Source: Antedon mediterranea (lineage: Eukaryota; Animalia; Echinodermata). Taken from it: a stretch of 64,000 bases of DNA. Shown here one piece after another: positions 28,801 to 43,800 of the stretch. The stretch spans positions 24,007,237-24,071,236 of the forward strand of contig NC_092672.1 of the NCBI RefSeq assembly GCF_964355755.1. The letters run 5' to 3'. A model generated the notes under the pieces. The model made no database searches. It was given only the letters and a program-made list of their open reading frames with translations, and was not told the origin of the DNA. The translations under genes were made by a program, and so were the position numbers. Numbering within the stretch: position 1 is the stretch's first letter; each line of letters opens with the position of its first letter.

Positions 28801-31800
28801 ATTATAATTCATTGCGGTATGTAATAATCTATCTGCACCAAAGTGGTTACTGCATAGTAAATACACGGAGGAATTTTTCTCCAAGTTTTAGTCAGTTGTG
28901 TATGGCTCGATGGTCTGTGCTCGTGTCAATGGCATTCAAGGTACCGAGTTCGAGTCTCACCTTGGGAAACGAAATAAGATTTTTTTTTTATTATCCGTAT
29001 TGTTCAAATTTATTTCTTAGTGTATAGATTATACACATGATTTATAATGAAATCTAGATAAAAAGTTACTTTATGTCTTTTTTATTATGTAACAACAAAT
29101 GCGGTTTATGACATTATACGCAGAGGGATCTTTGATCGGATTGTGATACCGGCTATGGTGTTCGCGTTAGCAAGGTCCTATCATATATTATAAATAATTA
29201 AAGATTCTGAGAAAATCAATCAATCAATATATCTTTTAAAAATCAATTATCTTTATTTAAATCAATGCATATAACCTATAATTCGTCATAGTGACGAATT
29301 AAATCTAGTTTATTTTATTTCTTTATTTTTGTCAAATGTTAACGTTTTATTTGAAAGAAGAAATAATAAATGTTACTTGAAATGAAATAAATTTATAAAT
29401 TACTATTAACTATAAAAAGAAAACAAATCAAATAGTTTATTCATATCAACGGTATTGCAAAATTAAATTCAAACGCTTTATTGAGTATGACAAAAATTAA
29501 TCTATTTATCAATGTTTCCTTTTTTTTTAAGGTCATTTTTAGATTTTATTTTGCATGTGTTTTATGCACACATTATTATATTATAACTTATATTATCAAG
29601 GTTCTATCTTTTATTTTTAAATGAGATAAAATCCTCTGGATAGGAAATAGGGAAGAATAAACTCTTGAGATGGTGAAAAATGTTTGTAGAGCAAAGTTTT
29701 CAATTGAAATTTTATTTTATGACACCCCCCCCCCCACCCCCTAAAAAGTTTTAGATTACATCGTTCCTCTTGAGTTTTTTTAAGTATAAATGAAGCACGG
29801 CTTTTTGAGTACAATTTGATTCTTTCAAAGTTAAAATAATGTATTACTAAAAGGAAAATAATATGTGTTACTAAGTCACATATCCATGGTGATTGTGATG
29901 ACAGGCCCCAACTCTATACTATACATGATATTACGATACTATCTGAATTAAATATTCAGCCAGTGTGCAAAAACTTCTGGATATTATTTAAAGTTGAGAT
30001 TATCAATGAAGCATTCCTAAAATGCTAACACCTTTTTAATGTTTATATTATATAATGCTTTTTTTTAATATACACATTATTATACATGGATAAAAAGGTT
30101 AAAGAATAAACGAAAAAAGAAAGAAAAGGGGAGAATTATATTGGATAATAACAATTTAAACAGATTATAAAGATGCAGTATTTAGAACAACAACAAATAT
30201 TGCGGATTGAATTGTGTCTTGTTGTGAATGAATGATTTTTGGTCTTTATTTTGAATATTATATGGATAAAGATATACAACAATTACGAAAAAAGGAGGAT
30301 TATATTGGATAACAATGATCAAATAGATTATGAAGATTGTAGATTTAGGACAACTACAGTACTGTATTACATATTACTGATTAACTTGTATTAATCATGT
30401 CATTGAATGAATGAACAACAGTGCTGGTTCAAGCATGGAGGTATAACCTCCATGGTTCAAGCCACAAAAGAGAAAAAAAAGACAGTGCTAGAACCCTAGT
30501 GCATTTAACATCGTGTATAAAACAATGAAAGAGTATAAGAGCATGATGTCAATACAGAGAAGAGATTAGTGGTTTTCTGTAGTTTGCAACGCCCTTTTCA
30601 TTAATTGGGTACGCTGTGTGTTAATAGAGCATTGTCACACATTGCATACAAAAACAAGTCATGATATTATTTTATGCTCACAAAACTGAATTCAGAAGAA
30701 CATCAAACATATATTTCTAAATAAAACTGAAACAAAATGAATTAGTAGTTTCTATAATTATAAATTGCTTTAAAAAATAATTTGGGATTTACACTACCCA
30801 TCTGAATATCATACACCTTAATCTGAATACCTTATCTACATGAATCAGATCATTTTTATATTGTCCTTTATTAATATTATAATATTGACAACCATTCTGA
30901 TGTTTGTTCATGGTTGTGCAGAGCCATGATAAATACAATTGTCACAGCTTGAATAAGGTAACATGAAGACAATTAAATGAAAACCTTCCTCAATAATATT
31001 TCTCTGCTCAAATGCTGGTTTGTAATGAGTTTTTAATATTAAATGTGTCTATATAATTTATTGTTTGTTAAGTAGGTCTTTTACCACACTGATGTTTAAT
31101 GTGAAATGGTTAAATGTATTCAGAGTGAGATCTGCCAATGTAAATTATCTTAATTAAAATCATTTACATTAAAAACTTTCAATTGTATTTCTATTATATT
31201 TTATCAATTTTAAGTGCTGTTCTTAAAATACAATTGCAGTCTACCAAATCATAGAGCTATAAAGCTCAATGATACTGAAAAACTGTTAACTTATGATGTA
31301 CACAGCCTACTGTATTTAATACTTAGTTGAAATGCCATTATTAGACATTTTTAATCATTGATTTATTTAGAGAAATTAATAAAACTTCACCAGAAGTTTT
31401 AGAATGGTCATATCAGTTGTATTTTGATTATTTATACTACTATAACAATATGTTCACATTTTGTAGTAATACACTACCAACATGTATAGATAGTATTTAC
31501 AATACCCATCTGAATACCTTATCCAATCTGAATACAGTGTTTAAACAGCGAATACTGTTTTGTAATTAATTCATTCCATAAGACCATAATTTAACATCAA
31601 ATAAATAGTCAAAAAATTAAATCTTCTTTATTTTAATATATTCCTCTTTTTGTTTTCTTTTGAAAAAGATTTTAATACACCAAAAAAAAAACAACACAAA
31701 TATAAACATCTACCCTGTATACACATGGGGTCAGATCATTTTTCTATTTGACCTATTCGCTTCCCTTCAATATCTACATCCGTCGCTAGGACAGAATAAT

Positions 31801-34800
31801 CTGGATTTTTTTGTTTTACATTAATCCAAGTTAATCAACTACCACACTTTATTTCAAATAATAACATTTTTTAGCATAATTATTTTTTTTGGTTAAATGA
31901 CTGCATAATTAGTTATCCACACCTTGGCGGATAACTCCTTGTGATTGTATAAAATCATCATCAACTTTTTTTATCTGTATTATTCTTCTTTCATTCCATA
32001 TTTCATAACTTTGTATAGTTTTGTGCACCTCCTACTTTTTAAAAACGTCAGAGTTGCGCAACATGACTTTCGCACGATTTTATGAATTTAAATGATTGAT
32101 AATAGATTAAAAACCAAACGTCATTTTGTATTGACACTTTTTAAATTTAAGTCATATCAAGAGTAACTTTCTGTGGATTGAAAATGCCATGCTTCACACA
32201 AAGTTACGCGCATAAGATTTTTTCTTATAACCAACACCTGCAATTGCTGTAACTAATAATGCGTATTTTCATTATAAGCCTTAAAAGAATTGAAAAGTCA
32301 ATTAAACCATATCAAATTTTATTTTAATGATTTTACTGATTTTGTATTATGGCTACCCTAAGTTACTAAATGTTTTAGTTTCCTTAATTCACTTCCCACA
32401 ACCTTAATCAATAATCACCTTGACAAATTTCAATATAAATTTACCTCCTGGTTCATCCTGTTTTTCATCACTGTTTTCCTCCTTGTACTCTATTTGCACA
32501 AACATACTTTGCCTATTACTGTATATTATTCTTAATAGTTGTTGTTTACAATAGTGATGAAAGCATTAATTTTGAAAATTTCTGTAATTTCGCGTGGAAG
32601 TAATCATATTTATCTTAATTTATGTCATGTACATCACACCAAAATCTGATGATGAAAACAGTTACCATGAAATTAGTACTTATGTAGAAACAAGGCTATA
32701 TAAAAAAAAGGATAGATTCAGGGTTTAACAAAATATATGACATAATCAATTCTAACCGGCTGAAAACATCTATTGAAATCCTCCATACATTATGTAGAAG
32801 AGCTGACTATTGCAATATGCTTTATTAGTTGATGCCATTCCAAAAGATTGTATAAGTATAATTAAGAATCATAACAACAATATGTCAAATTCAAATTCAA
32901 ATATTCTTTATTCATCCTCAATCATGAAAATATACAACAATATATGAGAACATAAAAAAGATGAAAAGGAAACACATAAAAACTCAAAAAGCTTGATTAG
33001 TTGTGTCCCCTTACGTCCCTAACTAGCCTAAAAAAACTAAAACATAAATAATAAAAAAGCTGTACATACATACTGTCTGTACATATTAAGGATGAATGTA
33101 TTATAACAATTAAATAACACATAACACATAACAGCAAAATGTATACTCATGCTTTAAATCAAAAGCTATTACTTCTCGTGTTTTAAACAAATGGAATGTT
33201 GCTCTCAATGCCCAAAACATAAATCCGATAAAGAAGGTGAAAAATGAAAAAAATATACTAAATTATAAACCATTACATAAAATTGTTCCAACTAACTTAC
33301 AGCTGTATCTGGAAATTAGAAAAAAATGAATGTTATATATGTGTTATTGAAAATGAAAAGCATATGTTCTTATATTGTATACATAACAAATTATGGAAGA
33401 ATATTGATAACATTTTTATAGGAATAGACAATAGCAGAAGTTCATTTAAAGTAGGGCCTACCTCTTTAATGCAGGCTCAGATTGTCTACAGTATATACAT
33501 ACTGTATATACAGTGCAATGCTTTAAGTATCTAATACCTTGCAATTTTATATTCTTTTAACAATCATAAATCATACAGGTTTGATAATGCATTTTTTCTC
33601 ATATTTGTATAATTTTCTAACAATTTGAATAAAATAGGTGTTTATCAAGTCAATACTGTATTCAAATTTAGGAACAGCTTAATCACAAAATAATGGGATC
33701 ATTGTGCACTTTGTAATATTAATAATTCATTATACGATGTATTGATACTTTAACACTTCTTTATTGTATCTTGAACTTTGTTGTTATCATTGATACAATA
33801 TTACATGAATCAAGTGTCAACAATTATAGAGCATTCATATTAACAGTTAATGTTGACTGATATGATTTTACTGTACCTTTCATCTCATCTTGAAAATTAA
33901 AAAAGTAAATAAAAATTAATCAAATATTAAAAATAATACAAATATAAATAAGGCTGATATTGATGATATTGATTGCAATTTGCCTAATGAGGTTTGATTA
34001 TTAAAATGAGAATTCAGCAGGGTGAATTTTCAATACAAGATGTAGGCCTACTGTAAGTAATAATAACCTGTCATTTTTTTTAAATACAAAATAAATTGGC
34101 AAATTGATGGTAAATGCCACTTAAAAGAATTTATATGAAAGTATTTGTATGGAAAAATTAAATTATCAATATGCATTTATTATTTTTAGCATGGAAACAC
34201 ACCTCTGATTGAAGCTGCATATCAAGGTTTTCATGAAGTCTGCTTGGTCCTTCTCAATAAGGGAGCTGATGTAAATCAACAAAAGAAGGTACTTTCACTC
34301 ATTGTATTTTACACATTTTTAAATACATAGGTGGACAGTACATACTAATAACAATTTATGTTTTTGTCATTGATAATGGGATTGTAGGATAATTCAAAAT
34401 TAGTACTAGTTCAAAATCTAGACTAGTAGTATATTTAATTTGTTTGAAAATGTTTACCACAAATATTTGTTGACATGTGCACAACAAATAGTTTGTTTAT
34501 TTTGCTTTGTTATCCTATTTTGTAAAGAAATTAATCAAAGCCTTATCATTAAAAGTTTACATTATTTATATATGCAGTATGTTTATTTACATATTTCTTG
34601 GTAGCAGAAATAAAGCTCACCTTATTCTGTCATATTTCCTCACAGTGGTTTGAATTCAGTACAGTACATTGCATTTCATATGCCATTTTTTATACCTTAC
34701 TGTACTGTATATTTTTCCCCCTTGACCATAACAAATCTTTAAAACTCAATTTTTTAAAAACTGTTCTTCTTTTCTATTGTTTGTGACTGATAGTATGTCT

Positions 34801-37800
34801 TGTCACTCAATAAATATTATTTACCACAAAAAACGTACATTGCCTCATACTTACCTATATTTCCCGAGAACTTTAATTTTACTAGGAAAATGATTTAAAT
34901 GAAAAGAAGAATCATTACCAAAAAAAAAAAAGGTGAAAATAATTATGTAGTTAAATGTAATAATGAGGGCACAATTATTGTTATTATTTTTTAGCCATTT
35001 CATGCATGGATTACCACAATTCTTTCTTATTTGTTATAATTTAAGAATCTGTTTTTAAAAATGATTTCATAATAAATATCTGCTAATTAATTAATTAATG
35101 TATGTTTAAAATAAAAAAACAAAAATGAAATTAATTCTAAATAGGCCATGTAGTTTTTCTTGGTCAGAATAGCATATAGCTTGTTAGATTGAATTAATTC
35201 ATGGAGGTTTGCGCAGGGTTTTTGGGGTTTGTGCAGTTTAGCAATACCCCTGTGTTATTGATCTTGATCATCAAGTTAGTGAGGGTTGTAATATATTCCT
35301 GTCAGTCTGGATGGCAATATACTATATGGTGACAAAAATAATAATACATAGCCATGTCCTATATTGAATCCCAAATTCATAAGTTTTTATGTAGACTTTG
35401 ACAATATTATTTGCATACAAACCAGCAGCCACTTCCAGACATGAGGCACTTTTGCGCTACCTAACAGGTAAAAGGCAACGCAATAGGGGGCGCAATTGCG
35501 TTTGCAAAGGAGTTCACAATAACACTAGAAGCTAAGTTTCTCAAAGGTATGACCCCTTTTAGCAATGGGCTTAGCATCCAGTGAAGCTAAAATCCTCTCT
35601 AAAACTGTGCGATAAATCGTGGCATTTTGATGCCGGACATAACTACTAATTTCACCCCATCATTTCCCACACTTGTGTTACCAAGTCCTTGGTAATATAC
35701 CTCATAAATGCTGCACATCCCCGTATGGAAATAGTTAACAGTGACTTTTATATTCATACAGCAAAAACTGGATAACAAGATATGAAGCAACAAACAAAAA
35801 TTTATATAAAAATATCTTACACAAAGAATGAATAGGTTCACATTACAAAAATATGATACATTCACTTTGTGGTGATTGGCCATTGTATTGGTCTAAGTTT
35901 AAAAATGACTTCACAAGCTTTGTTCAATCGCATTTTAAAAATAAACTTTCAATCAACAATTCTGATAATTATTAGAACTGTGCTTATACTGGACTTATAC
36001 AAATGCACAGAGTAATTGTTTGTTTTTTATAATCGTCTACCGACTACTGTCTCATGTAAAACTTCTAAGTTCCTTACTCCAAACATGACTTTGAGTTAAC
36101 AACTCATAAACTATTATTTTTTGATTGATGAAAGAGAAATTGAACTTGAATGTATCACCTGGTTTCAACCTTATACGTCCTTGAAACTCATCAAGACCCA
36201 GATACAATCACTCATAAATTTATACAATTTATTGTAATACTTCCTATTATATTGTATACACATAATTTTTTTTAATGCAAAATCAATCTGCACATGTTGC
36301 ATGGTTCTTATCATCAGACCAGGTACATTGCACCTACTTTTATTTCATACCTTTTTCAAACTCATTGTCAACAGTTCTTAAACAAAATTGACTTCATTGT
36401 CTGTTTAAATATTTTGATTTTGATTATTATAATTTTTGATATGAATTGATTTTTTGTAAAACAACATAATATTAAGTACGATCTAGTGAGTGAGTGCCCG
36501 AGCGGTTAAGACAGTGGAACCGTAATTACGTAGCCATAACATCGGCAGGGGTTCGAGGCTCACTCACTCCATGGTTCTGGTGGTAGAACGAGTCTTCTCG
36601 GACAAGGACTATAAACCGTAGGTCTAGTGTACACATCTAGCTCGTGTGTACTTTAAAGAACCTAGTACATCTTTCGAGACGAGTAGGGGGTTACCCCGGT
36701 GTATTAGTACATCACAGCCACTGATCACCAACTGGGCCCTCTAGGAGACCAGTCTTTGACTTTACCCAGTATAAATATAAATTTCAATTTCAAGTCATTT
36801 TCTTTGCATCTTTTATTCACCACTGATGTAATAATGTTATGTTATTAATGCAACTCTTAATAGGTCAAGGGTCAAATAATAAATATATATTGTTATTCAC
36901 AATGTGGCTAGAGCAAACTATCATTTAACAATGTTATTGCTGCCATAGTTTACTTTAACGTATCTATATTGATGTTCATTTATATTCATAGTAAGTTGCA
37001 GATTTAATTATATACTCTTTGGTTGTTTAGGAAATTGTGCAATAACCACTATAAAATGGTTTCATTTGAAGTTCACAGAGTATTTAAACATTTCATAAGT
37101 TAATTACATTTGTTTTAAACATGCTTTAAATGTCAAAATAAAATAACTATTAATATCTTGTTAATTATAATATTTGCATGATGATGCACAATAACACTGA
37201 TATGTCTACATCATTCATGATTGTTTTTGTTTATTTGAAATTGGAATTTGCACTATTGCAGTATAGTAGAAGAATAGAGAAAGAGTAAAAAATTATAATC
37301 ATAAAAGATTGCCTTTGTTAAAACCAGAAGGGATTTAATAGATTACAGTTATGTATTGTTAGGAAAATACAGTTTTAGTTTACAGAAGATTGTACCCCTG
37401 GAACTCTTTAAGTAAAAAAAAAGGTTAAATATTGGATGCCCATATTGTTGTTTGAGTAGTGGTTTCCTTGATTACTTTTTTCCCTCAAAAATATTCAGTA
37501 TGGTTTTGTCTTTTTTTTCTAGGATGGTGACACAGCCCTGCATCACTGTGCTATGAGTGATCTTACTTACGATGAGCACAGAAACACTATGGTGTGTTTT
37601 ATAAAGGCTCATGGTAGAGGTATTATTTCAAATAAAAATAAGGTAAACTATTTGAGTTAAAACAATTAGAATAATAACAATAATTTTATTAAATAAAAAT
37701 TAAATGATATTCATTTTTCATAAGAGTACTCTTTTTGTAAATGTTGGACCTGTTTATTCCATAACATATTTTCATGGTATTTGTAAACCTCCATAGGCCA

Positions 37801-40800
37801 ATTTATACTTTCCTCCTACCCTGTAAGTTATGACATAATATTAATAATTAGATTAAATCAGATATATTAATTCCAGGTTATGATCAAAGGTATTACCTTA
37901 ATGATTAAATACGTGATAGTGTCTGCTTTTGCAATGATTATAATTAATATTTTTAGAATGAAGTGTTCTTGATAAATGTTGTATAGCTGTACCAAAAATA
38001 CTTTGTTTCCATCTCAATATTGTTGTTCATAGTGCTAAACTGACCATCTAATTTGAATGCATTGAAATTTATACATTCACTTTTATTTATTTGCTTTTAC
38101 ATATTTATTATTTTATTAAATATGTCTAATTTGAATGAAATACAAATAATAATATTAATTCTACCGTATATCAATCATTGTTTTATTTACATTTTTAGTT
38201 TATGAAAATAGAAACTTGAGGATTGTCACAATCATGCCTATTATTGTATGTTATTATGATGAATTTTGTAATCACTAATTTTATTCTTGGATTCTTACAT
38301 TTTATTTCTTTGATTGTCAGAATGGCAAATCTGTTATTGATTTGTACATTACAAATGTATGTGGAAAATATGAAGATGTCGAAGCCCAAAAGGAAGAAGT
38401 AATGAAATTGTTGAAAGGTTTGAAAGTTTAAATACAGTACAAAACAAGTTTGTTCCACAAAATGCTTTGATAAGTAATCTTGAAAGCAGTGATTACCCAT
38501 CCCAAATTGAAATAATAATAATGCCTATATCAAACAAATAGAATTTATTACAGTTATAATAATAAGAATAATTTCTTTTATGTATTTATATATACATCGT
38601 TGATTACAGAAAGTAAAATAGATCAAATAATTTCAAAGAACACCATCTCAAAAAGAACCCCATCCAATTGCTGATTACCTAGATTGTTTTACTCATTTAT
38701 TACATTAAACAATACTATTGATGAATTTGGTTAAAAACTGTTTTTTTTATATTAGTAAAAACAAAAACAGCATTCTTAATCTGTTTCTTGTAGCCTTCTT
38801 TGTTATTCTTATTTGTATTGTATTCTAATCTATAGCATATTATAATAAAAAATACAAAATTAAAATACAAAAATACAATTCTCTGATTGTTTATTGAAGG
38901 AATTAATATAAAGCGCTGCCTGTCTAAACGTTAATTTGCAAAATAAAATGTTTAAAATGTTGCTCCTTATCTTATTTCCAATATGGTATGTCTTTTTTTA
39001 TTGTGAAAGAGCTTCAACTTTATATCATACATTCTACTTTCTTTTAGGTGGACCTTTACCAGAAATATATTTCACATCATCAGGTATGAATAATTACCCA
39101 TACCATGTCATACTTTGTGACATGGTATGAGTATTCACCCATACCATGTCATACTTTGTGACATGATTTAACTGAAACTTTAGTGTGTAATAAAGAATGT
39201 AGAATTATTTACATTTTTTACGCAAAAAGTGTTGCTTTAAACTACATTGTCATTATTCAGTCTACAATCCTTTATGAGGAATATTTCAGCCCAGAGCTGC
39301 AATTTAACCAGGACTACATGATTCAAAGGCAAACATGTTACTTGGGAAGCTGGGATGAAATCTGTTTAAACCATATGGTACTCTCATATTTAAAACTGCT
39401 ATGTATAATATATTATGTTTTGATCAGAATATCTTTTTTTTTGTAGATATAACAACTAAAGATTTTATACATGTAGCTACCAACATGTATGATCAGTTTG
39501 AAAACCTAGCAGAATATCTTGGATTCAAGCAGGAAGATATTGAATCCTTCCATGTCAATTCAAATGGCAAAATAGATGCAACTTTAGAGATGCTGAACTC
39601 CTGGTACAAGACAGTTCAAGTTACTGAATCCAGGCGTTCACAACTTTGTAGAGCTGTCAGGATAGCAGGTCGGCATGATTTGGCTGATGAAATTGAAAGT
39701 AAGTGACACATTACAGGTTAGGTTACTTCCCTCAAACCTTTAAACTGACTATTCCATAACTTTAAGGGGAAGATTTGTTAAGAGACAGCTGCAGTAAAAG
39801 TTTTAAAAAATCCAACAACACAATATTATCCTTGATTTTAAAATTAAACATATACAAATTAAGCTAACTAACAATATGAGAACAAATTAAACAAATGAAT
39901 ATAGTATACCATATAAGTCCATTTCTCCTGTCTCATGAAGGAAGAGGATTATCAACAATGGATTAACATATATACATTATTTTCATTTCAGAACTAATGA
40001 GCCTATTTTAATTTTGCAAAAATACTGAATACACAATATGTATACAACATTTTTTATTAATTTCAGATCTAGCTTTAATGTATTAGTTGTATTTTATTGT
40101 TTAAATAATAAAATGTAGAACTGTATGTGCTTAATAAACTGTATAACTAATACTTATTTTATTTCTGAGTAGAAATAGACATCCCTTATGCTATATCTGC
40201 TCGTGGTAAAGAAGTTGAAAAAGCTTACATTGAAGCATTGAAAGAAGGTCAAGTTGAAGTGAATCTTGGAATGGTTAAAGTGATTGGTCAGGAAGGTGTG
40301 GGCAAAACTTGCCTGATCAATGCTTGTCTTGGAAAGAAGTAAGTATAAGTTAAGCTTAGAAATAATGATAATAGTAGTTATAGTATTGTAACATTTTATC
40401 TGCCTGGATGAGGTATTTTCAAGTTTGAGTTAATTGGTATCTGGTAATAGTCTGGTATCTTTGGAGGATCAAACTGTACTGCCTACCATGTGGGTTTCTC
40501 CCTTCAAATCTTACCATACCTATCCACCAATCAGCAGTCTCACAACAGGACTGTTCCATAAATAAAGTGGTGTCAAAGTCTTAAGGCCCATTTAAACTAC
40601 AACAATAGTGATCGACGATAAATAGATAAGCATGAATGTCTCATACATAAAACAAAAGAAATTAGAGAAGTTTTTGATTTATGCTGTTTTTGAAAATCCT
40701 ATCAAATGACAAAAACAACAAAAAATCATTGTATTGTCACAATATTATTGCTCTTACTAATCATGACGTCATTTTTAATCATTGTATTGTCACAGTATTA

Positions 40801-43800
40801 TTGCTCTTACTAATTATGACGTCATTTGTTTGGACGTGTGAAAGGAAGCAAAGATGGTTATCCTTTAGTTTTGCATTTTATATATATTTTGTTTTATGTA
40901 TGAACAATGCATATTTATCTATCATTGATCGTTATCATCCTAGTGTAAATGGGCCTTTACATAGCGGTACCAAATTCGCTACAGCATAAACTTCAGAAAA
41001 ACTTCAATCAGTGTATCTAATAATAAATGTTTTAATATATACAATGCTTTTACCTTTATATCTAATCATTAAAATGTTTTTGGATCTAATTAATAGCTTG
41101 ACCACATTTTTCATAATATTAGGAAAGCTATACCGATTCAAATTAAATAATTAAATTTCAGTATATCACCGGGCGGTTTAGAATTAATGTTCTTTGCCTG
41201 ATGTGTTTATATATAATATATTATATATACTTATGTGTTCTTTATCTGAAATATTCAAACAAACATACCAACAAGCAAATTGCAATTTTGATAATTTTAT
41301 TTAACATGTATTGATATTATTCAATTTAAAATGTAAAACAACTTTATCTAAATTCATACTTGGATAATCTTTTTGTATAAATTATATTTCAGTTTTAACA
41401 AAGAGCATTTAATAACAGATGGTATTGCCGTGATTAAAACAGTAGAAACAAAGGCTGAAGAACAAAATAACTGGACAGAGGATCTTACAGATGATTGTGG
41501 TAAAAATGAATAAATTAAAGAATCATCATCATTAACCTCATCAAAGTATACAAGCCAAATGAAGGGGGATAGATCATAAAGTCAGTCCATTTTAAGTGTG
41601 GCATTGCATGTGTTTAATATTAGTGTTTATATACTGTAATTCACCAAGTTAGTCCATTTAAAGTGTGGCATTGTGTTTAATAGAAGAGCCAACAACAACA
41701 TCGGCAAGGGTTCGAGGCCGACTCGCTCCTAGTTCTGGTGGTGGAACAAGTCTTCTCGGATAAGGACTATAAACCGTAGGTCCAGTGTACACAGTTATAA
41801 CCTGTGTGTACTTTAAAGAACCCAGTTCATTATTCGAAAAAGAGTAGGGGGTTACCCCGGTGAACTGGTTCACAAAATAGCCTCTGTATCAGGGGGATTA
41901 CCACCTATCTGATAGGACAGTGATTAATTCACTATTGGTAATCCTTGGCCACAGTGCCTAAAGACATAAAATAAATAAATAAAATAAAATAATATTAGTG
42001 TTTATATACTGTAATTCACCAAGTTAGTCCATTTAAAGTGTGGCATTGTGTTTAATATTAGTGTTTATATACTGTAATTCACCAAGTAAGTCCATTTAAA
42101 GTGTGGCATTGTGTTTAATATTAGTGTTTATATACTGTAATTCACCAAGTTAGTCCATTTAAAGTGTGGCATTGTGTTTAATATTAGTGTTTATATACTG
42201 TAATTCACCAAGTAAGTCCATTTAAAGTGTGGCATTGTGTTTAATATTAGTGTTTATATACTGTAATTCACCAAGTCAGTCCATTTAAAGTGTGGCATTG
42301 TGTTTAATATTAGTGTTTATATACTGTAATTCACCAAGTCAGTCCATTTAAAGTGTGGCATTGTGTTTAATATTAGTGTTTATATACTGTAATTCACCAA
42401 GTCAGTCCATTTAAAGTGTGGCATTGTGTTTAATATTAGTGTTTATATACTGTAATTCACCAAGTCAGTCCATTTAAAGTGTGGCATTGTGTTTAATAGT
42501 AGTGTTCATATACTGTAATTCACCAAGTTAGTCCATTTAAAGTGTGGCATTGTGTTTAATATTAGTGTTTATATACTGTAATTCACCAAGTCAGTCCATT
42601 TAAAGTGTGGCATTGTGTTTAATATTAGTGTTTATATACTGTAATTCACCAAGTTAGTCCATTTAAAGTGTGGCATTGTGTTTAATAGTAGTGTTCATAT
42701 ACTGTAATTCACCAAGTAAGTCCATTTAAAGTGTGGCATTGTGTTTAATATTAGTGTTCATATACTGTAATTCACCAAGTTAGTCCATTTAAAGTGTGGC
42801 ATTGTGTTTAATAGTAGTGTTTATATACTGTAATTCACCGAGTCAGTCCATTTTAAGTGTGGCATTGTGTTTAATATTAGTGTTCATATACTGTAATTCA
42901 CCAAGTCAGTCCATTTAAAGTGTGGCATTGTGTTTAATATTAGTGTTTATATACTGTAATTCACCAAGTCAGTCCATTTAAAGTGTGGCATTGTGTTTAA
43001 TATTAGTGTTTATATACTGTCATTCACCAAGTCAGTCCATTTAAAGTGTGGCATTGTGTTTAATATTAGTGTTCATATACTGTCATTCACCAAGTCAGTC
43101 CATTTAAAGTGTGGCATTGTGTTTAATATTAGTGTTTATATACTGTAATTCACCAAGTCAGTCCATTTAAAGTGTGGCATTGTGTTTAATATTAGTGTTT
43201 ATATACTGTAATTCACCAAGTTAGTCCATTTAAAGTGTGGCATTGTGTTTAATATTAGTGTTTATATACTGTAATTCACCAAGTAAGTCCATTTAAAGTG
43301 TGGCATTGTGTTTAATATTAGTGTTTATATACTGTAATTCACCAAGTAAGTCCATTTAAAGTGTGGCATTGTGTTTAATAGTAGTGTTCATATACTGTAA
43401 TTCACCAAGTCAGTCCATTTAAAGTGTGGCATTGTGTTTAATATTAGTGTTTATATAATGTAATTCACCAAGTCAGTCCATTTAAAGTGTGGCATTGTGT
43501 TTAATATTAGTGTTTATATACTGTAATTCACCAAGTCAGTCCATTTAAAGTGTGGCATTGTGTTTAATATTAGTGTTTATATACTGTAATTCACCAAGTC
43601 AGTCCATTTAAAGTGTGGCATTGTGTTTAATATTAGTGTTTATATACTGTAATTCACCAAGTTAGTCCATTTAAAGTGTGGCATTGTGTTTAATATTAGT
43701 GTTTATATACTGTAATTCACCAAGTAAGTCCATTTAAAGTGTGGCATTGTGTTTAATAGTAGTGTTCATATACTGTAATTCACCAAGTCAGTCCATTTAA

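Noticed and set aside
35400-35883. Moderately GC-richer patch with a 94-aa minus-strand ORF
   Set aside because: No recognisable protein motif or convincing splice sites in the frames I read; possibly an old element remnant.
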